From: a bacterium
GTDB lineage: Bacteria; JAHJDO01
Reading direction: 5' to 3'
Assembly (NCBI GenBank): GCA_043824255.1
Contig: JBDRTG010000005.1
Span: 1-64,000 of the forward strand
Length of the DNA: 64,000 nt
Made by a program: the position numbers and the translations under genes. Shown in pieces: positions 55,590-64,000 of this stretch; the stretch's first letter is position 1, and each line of letters opens with the position of its first letter. The notes below the pieces were generated by a model. The model saw only the letters and a list, made by a program, of their open reading frames with translations. It did not search any database and was not told the origin of the DNA.

Positions 55590-57077
55590 TCAATTGAGCG
55601 GATTTTTCTGAGGCTTCAACTGCGGAAACAGTATTACATCTCTGATTGACGGGGAATTGGTGAAGAGCATAACAAGCCTGTCAATGCCTATACCCAATCC
55701 TCCGGTTGGCGGCATGCCATATTCTAAAGCAGTGATGAAATCTTCATCCATAAGATGCGCTTCATCATCTCCTATCTTTCTGTCTTTTATTTGGTCTAAA
55801 AAGCGCTCCTTTTGCTCCATTGGATCATTCAACTCAGAATATGCATTGCCTAACTCTATACCACATATATAAGGCTGAAATCTTTCTGTAAGAGCTTTGC
55901 TTCCTTTTTTCTTCTTTGCAAGAGGACACATTCTTTCAGGATAGTCAATTATAAAGGTTGGTTCAATAAGATGGGGAATTACAACCTTCTTGAATATTGC
56001 GTCTACAATTTCTCTGAAGGAATTCATCTTCTTTGCTTTAGGAACCAGTTTCTCTGCCTTCTCTTTAAGTTCTTTATCTGAAACTGATTCTAAATCTATC
56101 TCAGCATATTTCTTTATAGCATCAACAAAGCTCAATCGCTTCCATTTCTTCTTTAATTCAATGTTATGCCCCTGATACTCAATACTTGTCTTCCCAAGAC
56201 ATTCTTCTGCCAGAGTATAGAACATCTCCTCGGTTAAGCACATGAGATCCTCATAACTTACAAAAGCCTGATATAATTCAAGCATGGTAAACTCAGGATT
56301 GTGCCGCGTTGATATACCTTCATTGCGAAAGTTTCTATTTATTTCGTAAATCTTCTCAAATCCGCCCACAATTAATCTTTTCAGAAATAGTTCAGGAGCT
56401 ATTCTCAAGTATAAATCCATATCAAGAGTATTATGATGAGTTACAAATGGTTTTGCCATAGCTCCACCGGGAATCTGCTGCATCATTGGTGTTTCTACTT
56501 CCAGGAAATTCTTTCCTTCTAAGAACTTTCTCATTGAGCTTATTATATGACTGCGAAGCTTGAATAATGGCTTAATATCTTTATTTGCTATTAAATCAAC
56601 GTATCTTCTGCGGTATTTTAATTCTATATCCTTAAGACCTGACCACTTTTCCGGTAAAGGTTGTAAGGACTTTGAGAATACAGAAAACTCTGAAATAAAT
56701 ATAGTATCCTCTCCTGTCCTTGTTTTAAAAATCTTCCCCTTAACTCCTATGAAATCCCCTATATCCACCAGCTTGAATAAATCGTATGCTTTTTCTCCAA
56801 CAGCGTTTGACTTAACATATATCTGAATATCTCCCGAGTCATCTCTTATATTAGCAAAGCAGCTTTTACCATGCTCCCTTACTGTTATTATCCTTCCTAT
56901 TACCAGAACTTCTAACTCTTCTAATACTTCGCCAACAGATGCTTTTTTGGCGCATTCATGCACTGATGCTGCAGAGTGAGTCCGTCTAAAATGCAGGGCA
57001 TAAGGATCTATTCCCTGTTCTCTTATCTTTTTTAATTTCTCTTTTCTTATTTTAATCAGCTCACGCTCATCTGTCAT
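55590..57077 (-). CDS. lysS: Lysine--tRNA ligase (class II)
   Basis: EVETP, LRIAPEL, FRNEG, HNPEFT, YGMPPTGG.GIGIDRL. Confidence 0.97.
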   Translation of the reverse strand: MTDERELIKIRKEKLKKIREQGIDPYALHFRRTHSAASVHECAKKASVGEVLEELEVLVIGRIITVREHGKSCFANIRDDSGDIQIYVKSNAVGEKAYDLFKLVDIGDFIGVKGKIFKTRTGEDTIFISEFSVFSKSLQPLPEKWSGLKDIELKYRRRYVDLIANKDIKPLFKLRSHIISSMRKFLEGKNFLEVETPMMQQIPGGAMAKPFVTHHNTLDMDLYLRIAPELFLKRLIVGGFEKIYEINRNFRNEGISTRHNPEFTMLELYQAFVSYEDLMCLTEEMFYTLAEECLGKTSIEYQGHNIELKKKWKRLSFVDAIKKYAEIDLESVSDKELKEKAEKLVPKAKKMNSFREIVDAIFKKVVIPHLIEPTFIIDYPERMCPLAKKKKGSKALTERFQPYICGIELGNAYSELNDPMEQKERFLDQIKDRKIGDDEAHLMDEDFITALEYGMPPTGGLGIGIDRLVMLFTNSPSIRDVILFPQLKPQKNPLN

Positions 57078-57858
57078 TTTCTTCTCCGGTATTTATTAGC
57101 CCAAACAGTCTTTTTGCGTTCCCTGTAGTATGGCAGGCTACTTCTTCTGCGTCAAGTCCTTTAACTCTTGCAAGTTCCAGAGCTGTATACTTTAAAAAAC
57201 TTGGCTGATTTCGTTTACCTCTTACAGCTTGTGGAGCAAGATATGGGCAATCAGTTTCTATGAGAATTCTATTATTTGGTATCTCCTTTGCAACCTGCCT
57301 CAAGCCAGGTGCGTTCGGATATGTGAGATTTCCCGCAAATGAAATATAAAAGCCGCGATTCAGGCAAGTTTGCACAAATTCCATGGTTCCTGAAAAGCAA
57401 TGTATCACTCCCCTGCTTATAGAGTAATCCTTAATAATATCCAGAATATCTTTGTGCGCCTCTCGATTATGAATAATTATTGGCAGATTAAATTCTAAAG
57501 ACAGTTCAATATGCTTACGAAAAAGCTCCTTCTGCAATTCCTTGACGGAAGTATCTCTGTAATAATCCAAACCTGTTTCCCCTATTGCTGCAATATTCGG
57601 GTTCTTTTCTAAACATTCTTTTATATACCTTATATCATCCTGTTTGATTTTATCAGCATAGTTCGGATGCAGACCAATTGCCATTAATATATTCTTCTTC
57701 CCATAAACTGTCTTAAATCCGATTTCAATGCTTTCAATATCACAGCAAACATTAATCATATATTCCACATCATTCTTATTTGCCTCAGATATGACCGAAT
57801 CAATTCCCTCTTTAAAAGCAGGATCGGCTAAATGCGCATGAGTATCAAAAAGTTTCAT
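57067..57858 (-). CDS. TatD-family hydrolase
   Basis: DTHAH, GLHP, IGETGLDY, H.R, HCF, ETD.PYLAP. Confidence 0.93.
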   Translation of the reverse strand: MKLFDTHAHLADPAFKEGIDSVISEANKNDVEYMINVCCDIESIEIGFKTVYGKKNILMAIGLHPNYADKIKQDDIRYIKECLEKNPNIAAIGETGLDYYRDTSVKELQKELFRKHIELSLEFNLPIIIHNREAHKDILDIIKDYSISRGVIHCFSGTMEFVQTCLNRGFYISFAGNLTYPNAPGLRQVAKEIPNNRILIETDCPYLAPQAVRGKRNQPSFLKYTALELARVKGLDAEEVACHTTGNAKRLFGLINTGEENDR

Positions 57859-57867
57859 TTAAAATAG

Positions 57868-58803
57868 TCAGGATTTTTCTTTTGCAACCACTCTATTTCT
57901 AAAATCAAACCAGAAATCAATCAGACCTAATATAATAATGAGCATAAGGAAAATTGGAGAAGTAAAAACCAGTACATAAATCAGAATCTTAACAAAAGGA
58001 AAGACCTTCCATTTGTCAAAAAAGAAACTTGCAATTGCCAGTCCGCCTACCAGGTAAATAGCTGAAATAACAATCAGCAAATTCAGTCCTATTATATATC
58101 CTGATTGAAACTTGGCGTATTTGAATAGAAATGTCATTATGGCACATACAATAAATACCCATATACACTCATCCCTCAGTCTCCATGTTTTAAAAGGAGA
58201 TAATTTAAGAGCTTCTAAACCAAGTATCTTTTTTGAGAATAAAAGGTTAATGCTGACTATTAAAAAATTAACAATGAAAATAATAGCCGGGAAACTAGTT
58301 TTAATTATATTTAATACTTTAGTAAATGACTCTTTAACCAACTCAATCTTTTCTTTGCTAATGCCAGTCTCTTCATAAATTTTCAGACTTTTATCCATAT
58401 GAATCTGTAAATTCATGTAAATTCTATTAAGAAAATTTTCGCCATGCAATGAAATTACAAAAATAGCCAAAAGACTTATAAGGCTCAAAATAACTGTTGA
58501 CAAAACACATGTCTTTATAAAAGAAAACTTGTTCCTAGCTATTATACCTGTAACCAAGCCTAAAAGTCCAAGTTGTATAGATAAAATTGCGAAAAAGTGA
58601 TTTTGGAAAATTAAGTAGACACCTGATGCCATAATAAAAAAACACAGAAATCCTTTACGGACACCAAGCAAATACACACAGATAATAATAGGTAAAGGAA
58701 CTAAAACTTGAAAGAATAACTGCCCAAAAGCAAAAAAAATCCCTGATATGAAAAAACATAGTGACACTAAGGAAAGCAGGATTATCTTTTTACCTGTTGG
58801 CAA
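57868..58803 (-). CDS. DUF2232/YybS-like membrane protein
   Basis: Multi-TM protein ending GLIDFWFDFR, directly after rpsR. Confidence 0.8.
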   Translation of the reverse strand: MPTGKKIILLSLVSLCFFISGIFFAFGQLFFQVLVPLPIIICVYLLGVRKGFLCFFIMASGVYLIFQNHFFAILSIQLGLLGLVTGIIARNKFSFIKTCVLSTVILSLISLLAIFVISLHGENFLNRIYMNLQIHMDKSLKIYEETGISKEKIELVKESFTKVLNIIKTSFPAIIFIVNFLIVSINLLFSKKILGLEALKLSPFKTWRLRDECIWVFIVCAIMTFLFKYAKFQSGYIIGLNLLIVISAIYLVGGLAIASFFFDKWKVFPFVKILIYVLVFTSPIFLMLIIILGLIDFWFDFRNRVVAKEKS

Positions 58804-58818
58804 CTGACATTTCTCAAT

Positions 58819-59070
58819 TTATTCTGCAGAAAAAGGTAGTAACGAACACATTCTTGCTCGTTTTATCGCAATGGCAAGTTTTTTCTGATGACGAGCGCAA
58901 TTCCCTGAGACTTTAGTTGAAAGAATTTTTCCCCTCTCAGTAATAAAGCCAGAGAGTGTCTTTGTGTCCCTATAATCAACTTTATCCATCTTTTCAACAC
59001 AAAGCCTACAATATTTCTCTCTTATAATCTTCTTTTTGCGGCCTTTGACTTTTTTCCCTCTTTGAAACAT
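58819..59070 (-). CDS. rpsR: 30S ribosomal protein S18
   Basis: CRLC, DYRD, TERGKI, C..HQ..L..AIKRAR...LLPF. Confidence 0.95.
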   Translation of the reverse strand: MFQRGKKVKGRKKKIIREKYCRLCVEKMDKVDYRDTKTLSGFITERGKILSTKVSGNCARHQKKLAIAIKRARMCSLLPFSAE

Positions 59071-59094
59071 AAAGGTAATCTCCTTTCTATTATA

Positions 59095-59550
59095 TTAGAA
59101 TGGCACTTCATCCTCTCCGGATTTTTCGGGTTTTTCCTCCTTCTTCTCATCTATCTGTATCTCAGGTACAGATGAGTCTTTTTCTCCGACTGATAAAGGC
59201 ATAGTATTGCTGCTTCCTTGCGACGTACCAAGAAACTGAACTCTCTCTGCGACTACTTCCAAAGCGCTTCGCTTTTGTCCATCCTTATCTTCCCATGAGC
59301 GGCTTTGCAATCGCCCTTCTATAAAAACAGGTTTCCCTTTAGTAAGATATTTTGCGCAGGATTCCGCCTGATTAGCCCATACAACAACTCTTACAAAACA
59401 TGTATCTTCTGTCTTTGTTCCCTCTTTATTTTTGAAAAACCGATTAATTGCTATGCTAAAATCACTAACTGCAGTACCACTTGGTATATATCTGAGTTCT
59501 GGGTCCCTTGTCAAATTGCCCATCAAAAAAACCTTATTCAAATTTGCCAT
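59095..59550 (-). CDS. ssb: Single-stranded DNA-binding protein
   Basis: NKV.L.GNLTRDPELR, EGRLQ.R.W, acidic tail DEVPF. Confidence 0.96.
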   Translation of the reverse strand: MANLNKVFLMGNLTRDPELRYIPSGTAVSDFSIAINRFFKNKEGTKTEDTCFVRVVVWANQAESCAKYLTKGKPVFIEGRLQSRSWEDKDGQKRSALEVVAERVQFLGTSQGSSNTMPLSVGEKDSSVPEIQIDEKKEEKPEKSGEDEVPF

Positions 59551-59572
59551 GTTTATTCTCCTTTTTTGCTCA

Positions 59573-59863
59573 TTACTTCCTTAAAATAAAAACTCTAAAT
59601 ATATCCTCTTTCAATTTTAATTTTTTATTAAGCACAGCAATGCCCTCGGAAGGGGCCTCAAAATTTATATTTACATACACTCCCTCACTGCGCTTTTTGA
59701 TCTTATAAGCAAACTTTTTCTTCCCAATACGGTCAACATTTATAACTTTGCCTTTTGCGGATGCAATACATTTTTCAATCTCTTCTATAACCTTATCCCG
59801 ATCATCTTCTGCTAAATCAGAGTTTATAATAAACAAGCCTTCGTACTTATTTTTATCCACCAA
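59573..59863 (-). CDS. rpsF: 30S ribosomal protein S6
   Basis: KYE..FII, G.KKFAY.IKK..EG.Y; precedes ssb-rpsR. Confidence 0.93.
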   Translation of the reverse strand: MVDKNKYEGLFIINSDLAEDDRDKVIEEIEKCIASAKGKVINVDRIGKKKFAYKIKKRSEGVYVNINFEAPSEGIAVLNKKLKLKEDIFRVFILRK

Positions 59864-59872
59864 ACCACCTCC

Positions 59873-59921
59873 AGGCTGCCTGTGGCAGCAATTATTAATT
59901 TTTAATGCTTAATTTTTAATT
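59873..59921. repeat. Dispersed 49-bp repeat, copy 2
   Basis: 43/49 identical to 30257-30305. Confidence 0.75.
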
Positions 59922-59945
59922 AATTTACAATTCATAACTAAAAAT

Positions 59946-61979
59946 TTAAAATTTATTAAATAGTGGTGCTAAAACAAGAGAAATAACACTCATAAGCTTA
60001 ATCAAAATATTGATAGAAGGACCAACTGTATCCTTTAGCGGATCGCCTACTGTGTCTCCAATAACAGCTGCTTTATGAGCCTCGCTACCCTTTCCGCCAA
60101 AATTGCCTTCCTCAATATATTTTTTGGCATTATCCATGGCTCCGCCGCTATTTGCCATCTGGATTCCAAGCATAAGACCGGATATCAATGCTCCAACAAG
60201 AAGGCCTGCAAGAGCTTTAGGTCCTAATAACAATCCAATTGCAACAGGTGCCACAATAGCCATAGCACCAGGAAGCAACATGCCCTGAATAGCCCCTTTT
60301 GTTGCAAGATCAACACACGTTGCTGAATCAGGCATTACCCTTCCTTCCATTAATCCTTTGATTTCCCTGAATTGTCTTCTCACTTCATCTATTAACTTAT
60401 ATGCAGCTTTACTAACAGCCTTAAAAAGCATTGAAGAAAACAGGAACGGCAGCATACCTCCAATCAATAAACCTGACATAACTTTAGGATCCGTAATATC
60501 TGCTCCTTTTATGCCAACTGCCATAGTATAAGCAGCTATCAACCCTATAGCTGCAAATGCAGCTGAACCTATTGCAAACCCCTTACCAATTGCTGCTGTT
60601 GTATTGCCAACAGCGTCCAAGTTGTCCGTTATTTTTCTTACAGATGGATCTAGCTTTGCCATCTCCGCTATACCGCCTGCGTTGTCAGCAATAGGTCCGT
60701 ATGAATCAACTGAGACGATCATGCCAGTTGTAGCAAGCATACCTACAGCAGCCATAGCAACTCCATATCCTCCAGCAAAATGATAAGCAACCATAATGGC
60801 AGCGGCAAGCACCAGCACAGGCATACAAGTGCTTTCCATACCGATTGCCAGTCCGCCGGTAACAGTTATCGCAGGACCGCTCTTGGAACTCTCAGCAAGT
60901 TTTCTAACTGGTTTATATTTTGTGGAGGTAAAGAACTCACTCGTAAAGCCAATTATCATACCTGATATAATTCCAGTAAGAGTAGCATAGAAAGGACCCA
61001 GTTTAGAATACTGCTCAAACGCCACGCCAAATCTGCTTACAATAAAATATGTACCTATAATTGACAAGATAGCGCTTATATAAGTACCGCTCATTAAGGC
61101 TCCCTGAGGATTTTTTTTGCCAAACATCTTTACATAACATACCCCAATAATAGAAGCTATAATCCCTGCGCCTGCTATATAAATAGGCATAAATTTTAAC
61201 TTATCAGCTACGCTTTGGCCCATTATAACAACAAATGTTGAACCAATAGCTATGCTTGCAATAATAGATTCAACATATGACTCTAAAAGATCTGCGCCCA
61301 GACCTGCAACATCTCCTACGTTATCTCCGACATTATCAGCAATTACACCAGGATTTCTAGGGTCATCTTCGGGAATACCTGCTTCTACTTTTCCAACAAG
61401 ATCTGCTCCCATGTCTGCTGCTTTTGTGAATATTCCTCCACCAGATCTTGCAAAAAGAGCTACAAGGCTTGCTCCCATAGCGTATCCACTTATTATTACA
61501 GAGTCTCCTTTAAATATAAAATATACAATGATAAGACCTAATAAAGCCAGACCAACCACGCTCATTCCCATTACTGAGCCACCCGAAATTGCCACATTTA
61601 ATGCGTCTTTTACCCCACCTTTAGAAGCAGCATTTGCTGTTCTGGAATTCGCTCTTGTTGCTATACTCATTCCAATATATCCTGCAAAAGCAGACATAAA
61701 AGAACCAATTATAAAAGCAACAGACGTCTTCCATCCCAGACCAATGCCTTTAGATATAAAAGGTGTTATACCTATTAGCCCAGCTATTAAAACTACAAAA
61801 ACAGCAATATAACTGTACTCCCGTTTTAAAAAGGCTCTAGCTCCCTCTTGTATAAGACGAGATATATCCTTCATCTTCTGAGTGCCTTCTCCTTTTTTTA
61901 AAACTCCAATTGAAAGAATTATGACAAACCCTAACGCTAAGAAACTACATATCAATGGAAATAACAACTGAACGTTCAT
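59946..61979 (-). CDS. hppA: Membrane-bound K+-dependent (probably Na+-translocating) pyrophosphatase
   Basis: [32 protein letters not shown] (Ala indicates K+ dependence), [10 protein letters not shown]. Confidence 0.94.
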   Translation of the reverse strand: MNVQLLFPLICSFLALGFVIILSIGVLKKGEGTQKMKDISRLIQEGARAFLKREYSYIAVFVVLIAGLIGITPFISKGIGLGWKTSVAFIIGSFMSAFAGYIGMSIATRANSRTANAASKGGVKDALNVAISGGSVMGMSVVGLALLGLIIVYFIFKGDSVIISGYAMGASLVALFARSGGGIFTKAADMGADLVGKVEAGIPEDDPRNPGVIADNVGDNVGDVAGLGADLLESYVESIIASIAIGSTFVVIMGQSVADKLKFMPIYIAGAGIIASIIGVCYVKMFGKKNPQGALMSGTYISAILSIIGTYFIVSRFGVAFEQYSKLGPFYATLTGIISGMIIGFTSEFFTSTKYKPVRKLAESSKSGPAITVTGGLAIGMESTCMPVLVLAAAIMVAYHFAGGYGVAMAAVGMLATTGMIVSVDSYGPIADNAGGIAEMAKLDPSVRKITDNLDAVGNTTAAIGKGFAIGSAAFAAIGLIAAYTMAVGIKGADITDPKVMSGLLIGGMLPFLFSSMLFKAVSKAAYKLIDEVRRQFREIKGLMEGRVMPDSATCVDLATKGAIQGMLLPGAMAIVAPVAIGLLLGPKALAGLLVGALISGLMLGIQMANSGGAMDNAKKYIEEGNFGGKGSEAHKAAVIGDTVGDPLKDTVGPSINILIKLMSVISLVLAPLFNKF

Positions 61980-61990
61980 TATAATCCTTT

Positions 61991-62563
61991 CTATACAATT
62001 ACCAATGCATTGATGGTACACATTGCTCTATCAATACCATCTCTTATAATTATGATTATAGCCTCTAAAACCTTAGATAGAATCTTATCAAGTTTATTCT
62101 TTTCAAGCTTATCAAAATTGCTTAGCACATACTTTTTTAAATCTTCATAACGAATGCTTCTGCCTATACCAATGCGTATTCTCAAAAAATTCTCATTACC
62201 CAGCGCATCCATAATAGATTCCACACCATTATGCCCGCCGGATTTTCCATCCTTCTTAATTCTAATTTTGCCGAATTCTATATCAGCATCATCATAAATA
62301 ACAACCAAATCTTCCAAATCCATTTTATAGAAATTAACAAGCTTTGAGACTGCTTGTCCGCTTAAATTGACAAAAGTCTGGGGCTTTGCAAGAATTATCT
62401 CATCCTTTCCTATAAAACCTCGACCAATTATAGAATCAAACTTTCTGGTTTTTATATTAATCCCAGTCTCTTTTGCCACTTTATCAAGGGCCATAAACCC
62501 TGCATTGTGTCTGTTTTTCCTAAACTTGATACCGGGATTACCTAATCCCACAATTATCTTCAT
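61991..62563 (-). CDS. pth: Peptidyl-tRNA hydrolase
   Basis: VGLGNPG, RHNAGF, KPQTF.N.SG, GGHNG, RIRIGIG. Confidence 0.95.
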   Translation of the reverse strand: MKIIVGLGNPGIKFRKNRHNAGFMALDKVAKETGINIKTRKFDSIIGRGFIGKDEIILAKPQTFVNLSGQAVSKLVNFYKMDLEDLVVIYDDADIEFGKIRIKKDGKSGGHNGVESIMDALGNENFLRIRIGIGRSIRYEDLKKYVLSNFDKLEKNKLDKILSKVLEAIIIIIRDGIDRAMCTINALVIV

Positions 62564-63274
62564 CTACTTTTGCTCATCTGGTTTTTTCTCTTCTTTCTGC
62601 TCTTTCTTTTCTTTCCGCTCCCCTTCTGATGCCTCAGCTTCAACCTCTTCTTTCTTTCCCTCAATAACTTCTGGCTCTTCTTCCACAGAAACTTCCTCCT
62701 CCTTTATAATAGTTGGAGGAACAATGGAAACAACTGCTTGGTCAGGGTCTGCTAAAACTTCTACATCCTCTGGAATCTTCATATCTCTTATATGAATGGA
62801 TGAACCTATTCCCAGCTGTGCAACATCTACTTCTAAATGACCTGGTATTTTATCAGGCAAACAGCGAATTTCCATATCCCTCATGGCGTGATCCAGCACT
62901 CCTCCCTCTTTAACTCCCGGAGCCTCGCCAGTAAGAATTATATTAATCCTTGTAGTAATTTTCTCATGAAGCAATATTTTATAAAAGTCTATATGAAGCA
63001 ATCCATCACTTACAGGATGATACTGAATCTTCCTAACCATTACAGTTTCTTGTCCTGAAGAACCATCACTATCTATTGATAAAGATATAAGCACATTCTC
63101 TCCATGCATTCTTTTTACCATTTGCTCAAACTTTTTCTGTTCAACTGCAAGATTCAAAGTCTTTATACCATGGCCATATAAAACACCCGGTATATATCCA
63201 TGTTTCCTCAGATCTTTTGTAGATCTTTTATTTATTTCTTTTCTAATATTAGCTTGCAACTGAATTTTTTGCAT
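62564..63274 (-). CDS. rplY: 50S ribosomal protein L25/Ctc
   Basis: LR..G.IPGVLYG, QYHPV...LLHIDF, acidic tail. Confidence 0.94.
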   Translation of the reverse strand: MQKIQLQANIRKEINKRSTKDLRKHGYIPGVLYGHGIKTLNLAVEQKKFEQMVKRMHGENVLISLSIDSDGSSGQETVMVRKIQYHPVSDGLLHIDFYKILLHEKITTRINIILTGEAPGVKEGGVLDHAMRDMEIRCLPDKIPGHLEVDVAQLGIGSSIHIRDMKIPEDVEVLADPDQAVVSIVPPTIIKEEEVSVEEEPEVIEGKKEEVEAEASEGERKEKKEQKEEKKPDEQK

Positions 63275-63286
63275 TATTATCTCCCC

Positions 63287-64000
63287 TTAAACAAACAATG
63301 AACTTACAGAAGTATTATTGTGAATACTATATATTGCATTTGAAAGGAGCTCTGCTATTGAAAGAACTCTGATTTTTTTTGGTTTTTTCTTATCTATTGG
63401 GATAGTATTTGTAACGACTATCTCGTCAATAATAGACTTATCAAGACGCTCAATAGCATCTTCTGAAAACACAGGATGCGTGCATACCGCAAATATTTTT
63501 TTAACCCCTTTATCATAAAGCGCGTCTGCTGCTTTGATTATACTACCGCCTGTATCAATCATATCGTCCAGAATTACCACATTTCTTCCTTTCACATCTC
63601 CAATCACATTCATCACCTCAGCCACATTTACTTCAGGTCTTCTTTTATCAATAATAGCAAGAGTTGCATTCATTCTCTTTGCTATTGCTCTTGCTCTTTC
63701 AACTCCTCCAGAGTCAGGAGAGACGATAGTAACATTCTCGATTTTCTTTGTCAAAAAATATTTAACTAAAACAGGTGGTGCGGCAAATAAATTATCCACA
63801 GGGATATCAAAGAACCCCTGTATTTGCCCGGCATGCAAATCTATCACTAAAACTCTGTCAACACCAGCTTTTGTAATTAAATTAGCAACAAGTTTAGCTG
63901 TTATCGGAGCACGTGGTTGAACTTTTCTATCCTGTCTGCCATAGCCGTAATACGGAATCACTGCAGTAATTCGGCTGGCAGAAGCTCTCCTGAAAGCATC
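63287..64000 (-). CDS. prs: Ribose-phosphate pyrophosphokinase (5' end outside window)
   Basis: [36 protein letters not shown]. Confidence 0.96.
   Translation of the reverse strand, partial: DAFRRASASRITAVIPYYGYGRQDRKVQPRAPITAKLVANLITKAGVDRVLVIDLHAGQIQGFFDIPVDNLFAAPPVLVKYFLTKKIENVTIVSPDSGGVERARAIAKRMNATLAIIDKRRPEVNVAEVMNVIGDVKGRNVVILDDMIDTGGSIIKAADALYDKGVKKIFAVCTHPVFSEDAIERLDKSIIDEIVVTNTIPIDKKKPKKIRVLSIAELLSNAIYSIHNNTSVSSLFV

Noticed and set aside
59946..62030. Idea that hppA inserted into the pth 3' end (pth ends AM-CTIN..., hppA ends NKF)
   Set aside because: No nucleotide duplication supports it; the resemblance to a typical AMNKFN ending may be coincidence
60103..62795. Long antisense ORFs such as 61252-61812 (likewise 20263-20802 and 39633-40193)
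   Set aside because: Shadow frames of well-supported genes with no recognisable motifs
1..64000. CRISPR array, rRNA, prophage or integron integrase
   Set aside because: No regularly spaced repeat-spacer array, rRNA-like tract, phage genes or tyrosine recombinase seen

Overview
64 kb of an AT-rich (roughly 35% GC by eye) bacterial chromosome. The gene content (LolCDE-type transporter, LpxL-like acyltransferase, corrinoid protein with RACo activator, membrane pyrophosphatase) suggests a diderm anaerobe from a poorly characterised lineage; this is inference only. The housekeeping backbone includes gcvT-H-PA under a tandem glycine riboswitch, priA, typA, coaD, trxA/B, def, accA, three tRNAs, a polyamine operon, lolD/E, lysS, rpsF-ssb-rpsR, hppA and pth-rplY-prs. 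The window opens inside an IS1202/ISNCY-type transposase. Four things stand out. (1) A stand-alone gene with strong expression signals encodes an archaeal-type chromosomal protein MC1, next to tRNA-Pro. (2) An ArsR-headed island of about 11.5 kb encodes two GT4s, a PIG-L deacetylase, a methyltransferase/ATP-grasp fusion, a GH130, an (alpha/alpha)6 glycosidase, a kinase-like protein and a ferredoxin, and looks like an uncharacterised glyco-conjugate pathway. (3) Three integrase-free blocks are bounded by long direct repeats of gene ends: 42 bp exact around an HTH/Doc toxin-antitoxin pair, 54 bp degenerate at the priA/typA 5' ends, and 170 bp at about 91% identity inside the island. (4) Smaller oddities are an fmt relic, a probable ATT start codon, a dispersed 49-bp hairpin repeat and attC-like scars. 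All calls come from reading motifs by eye; no database searches were run.
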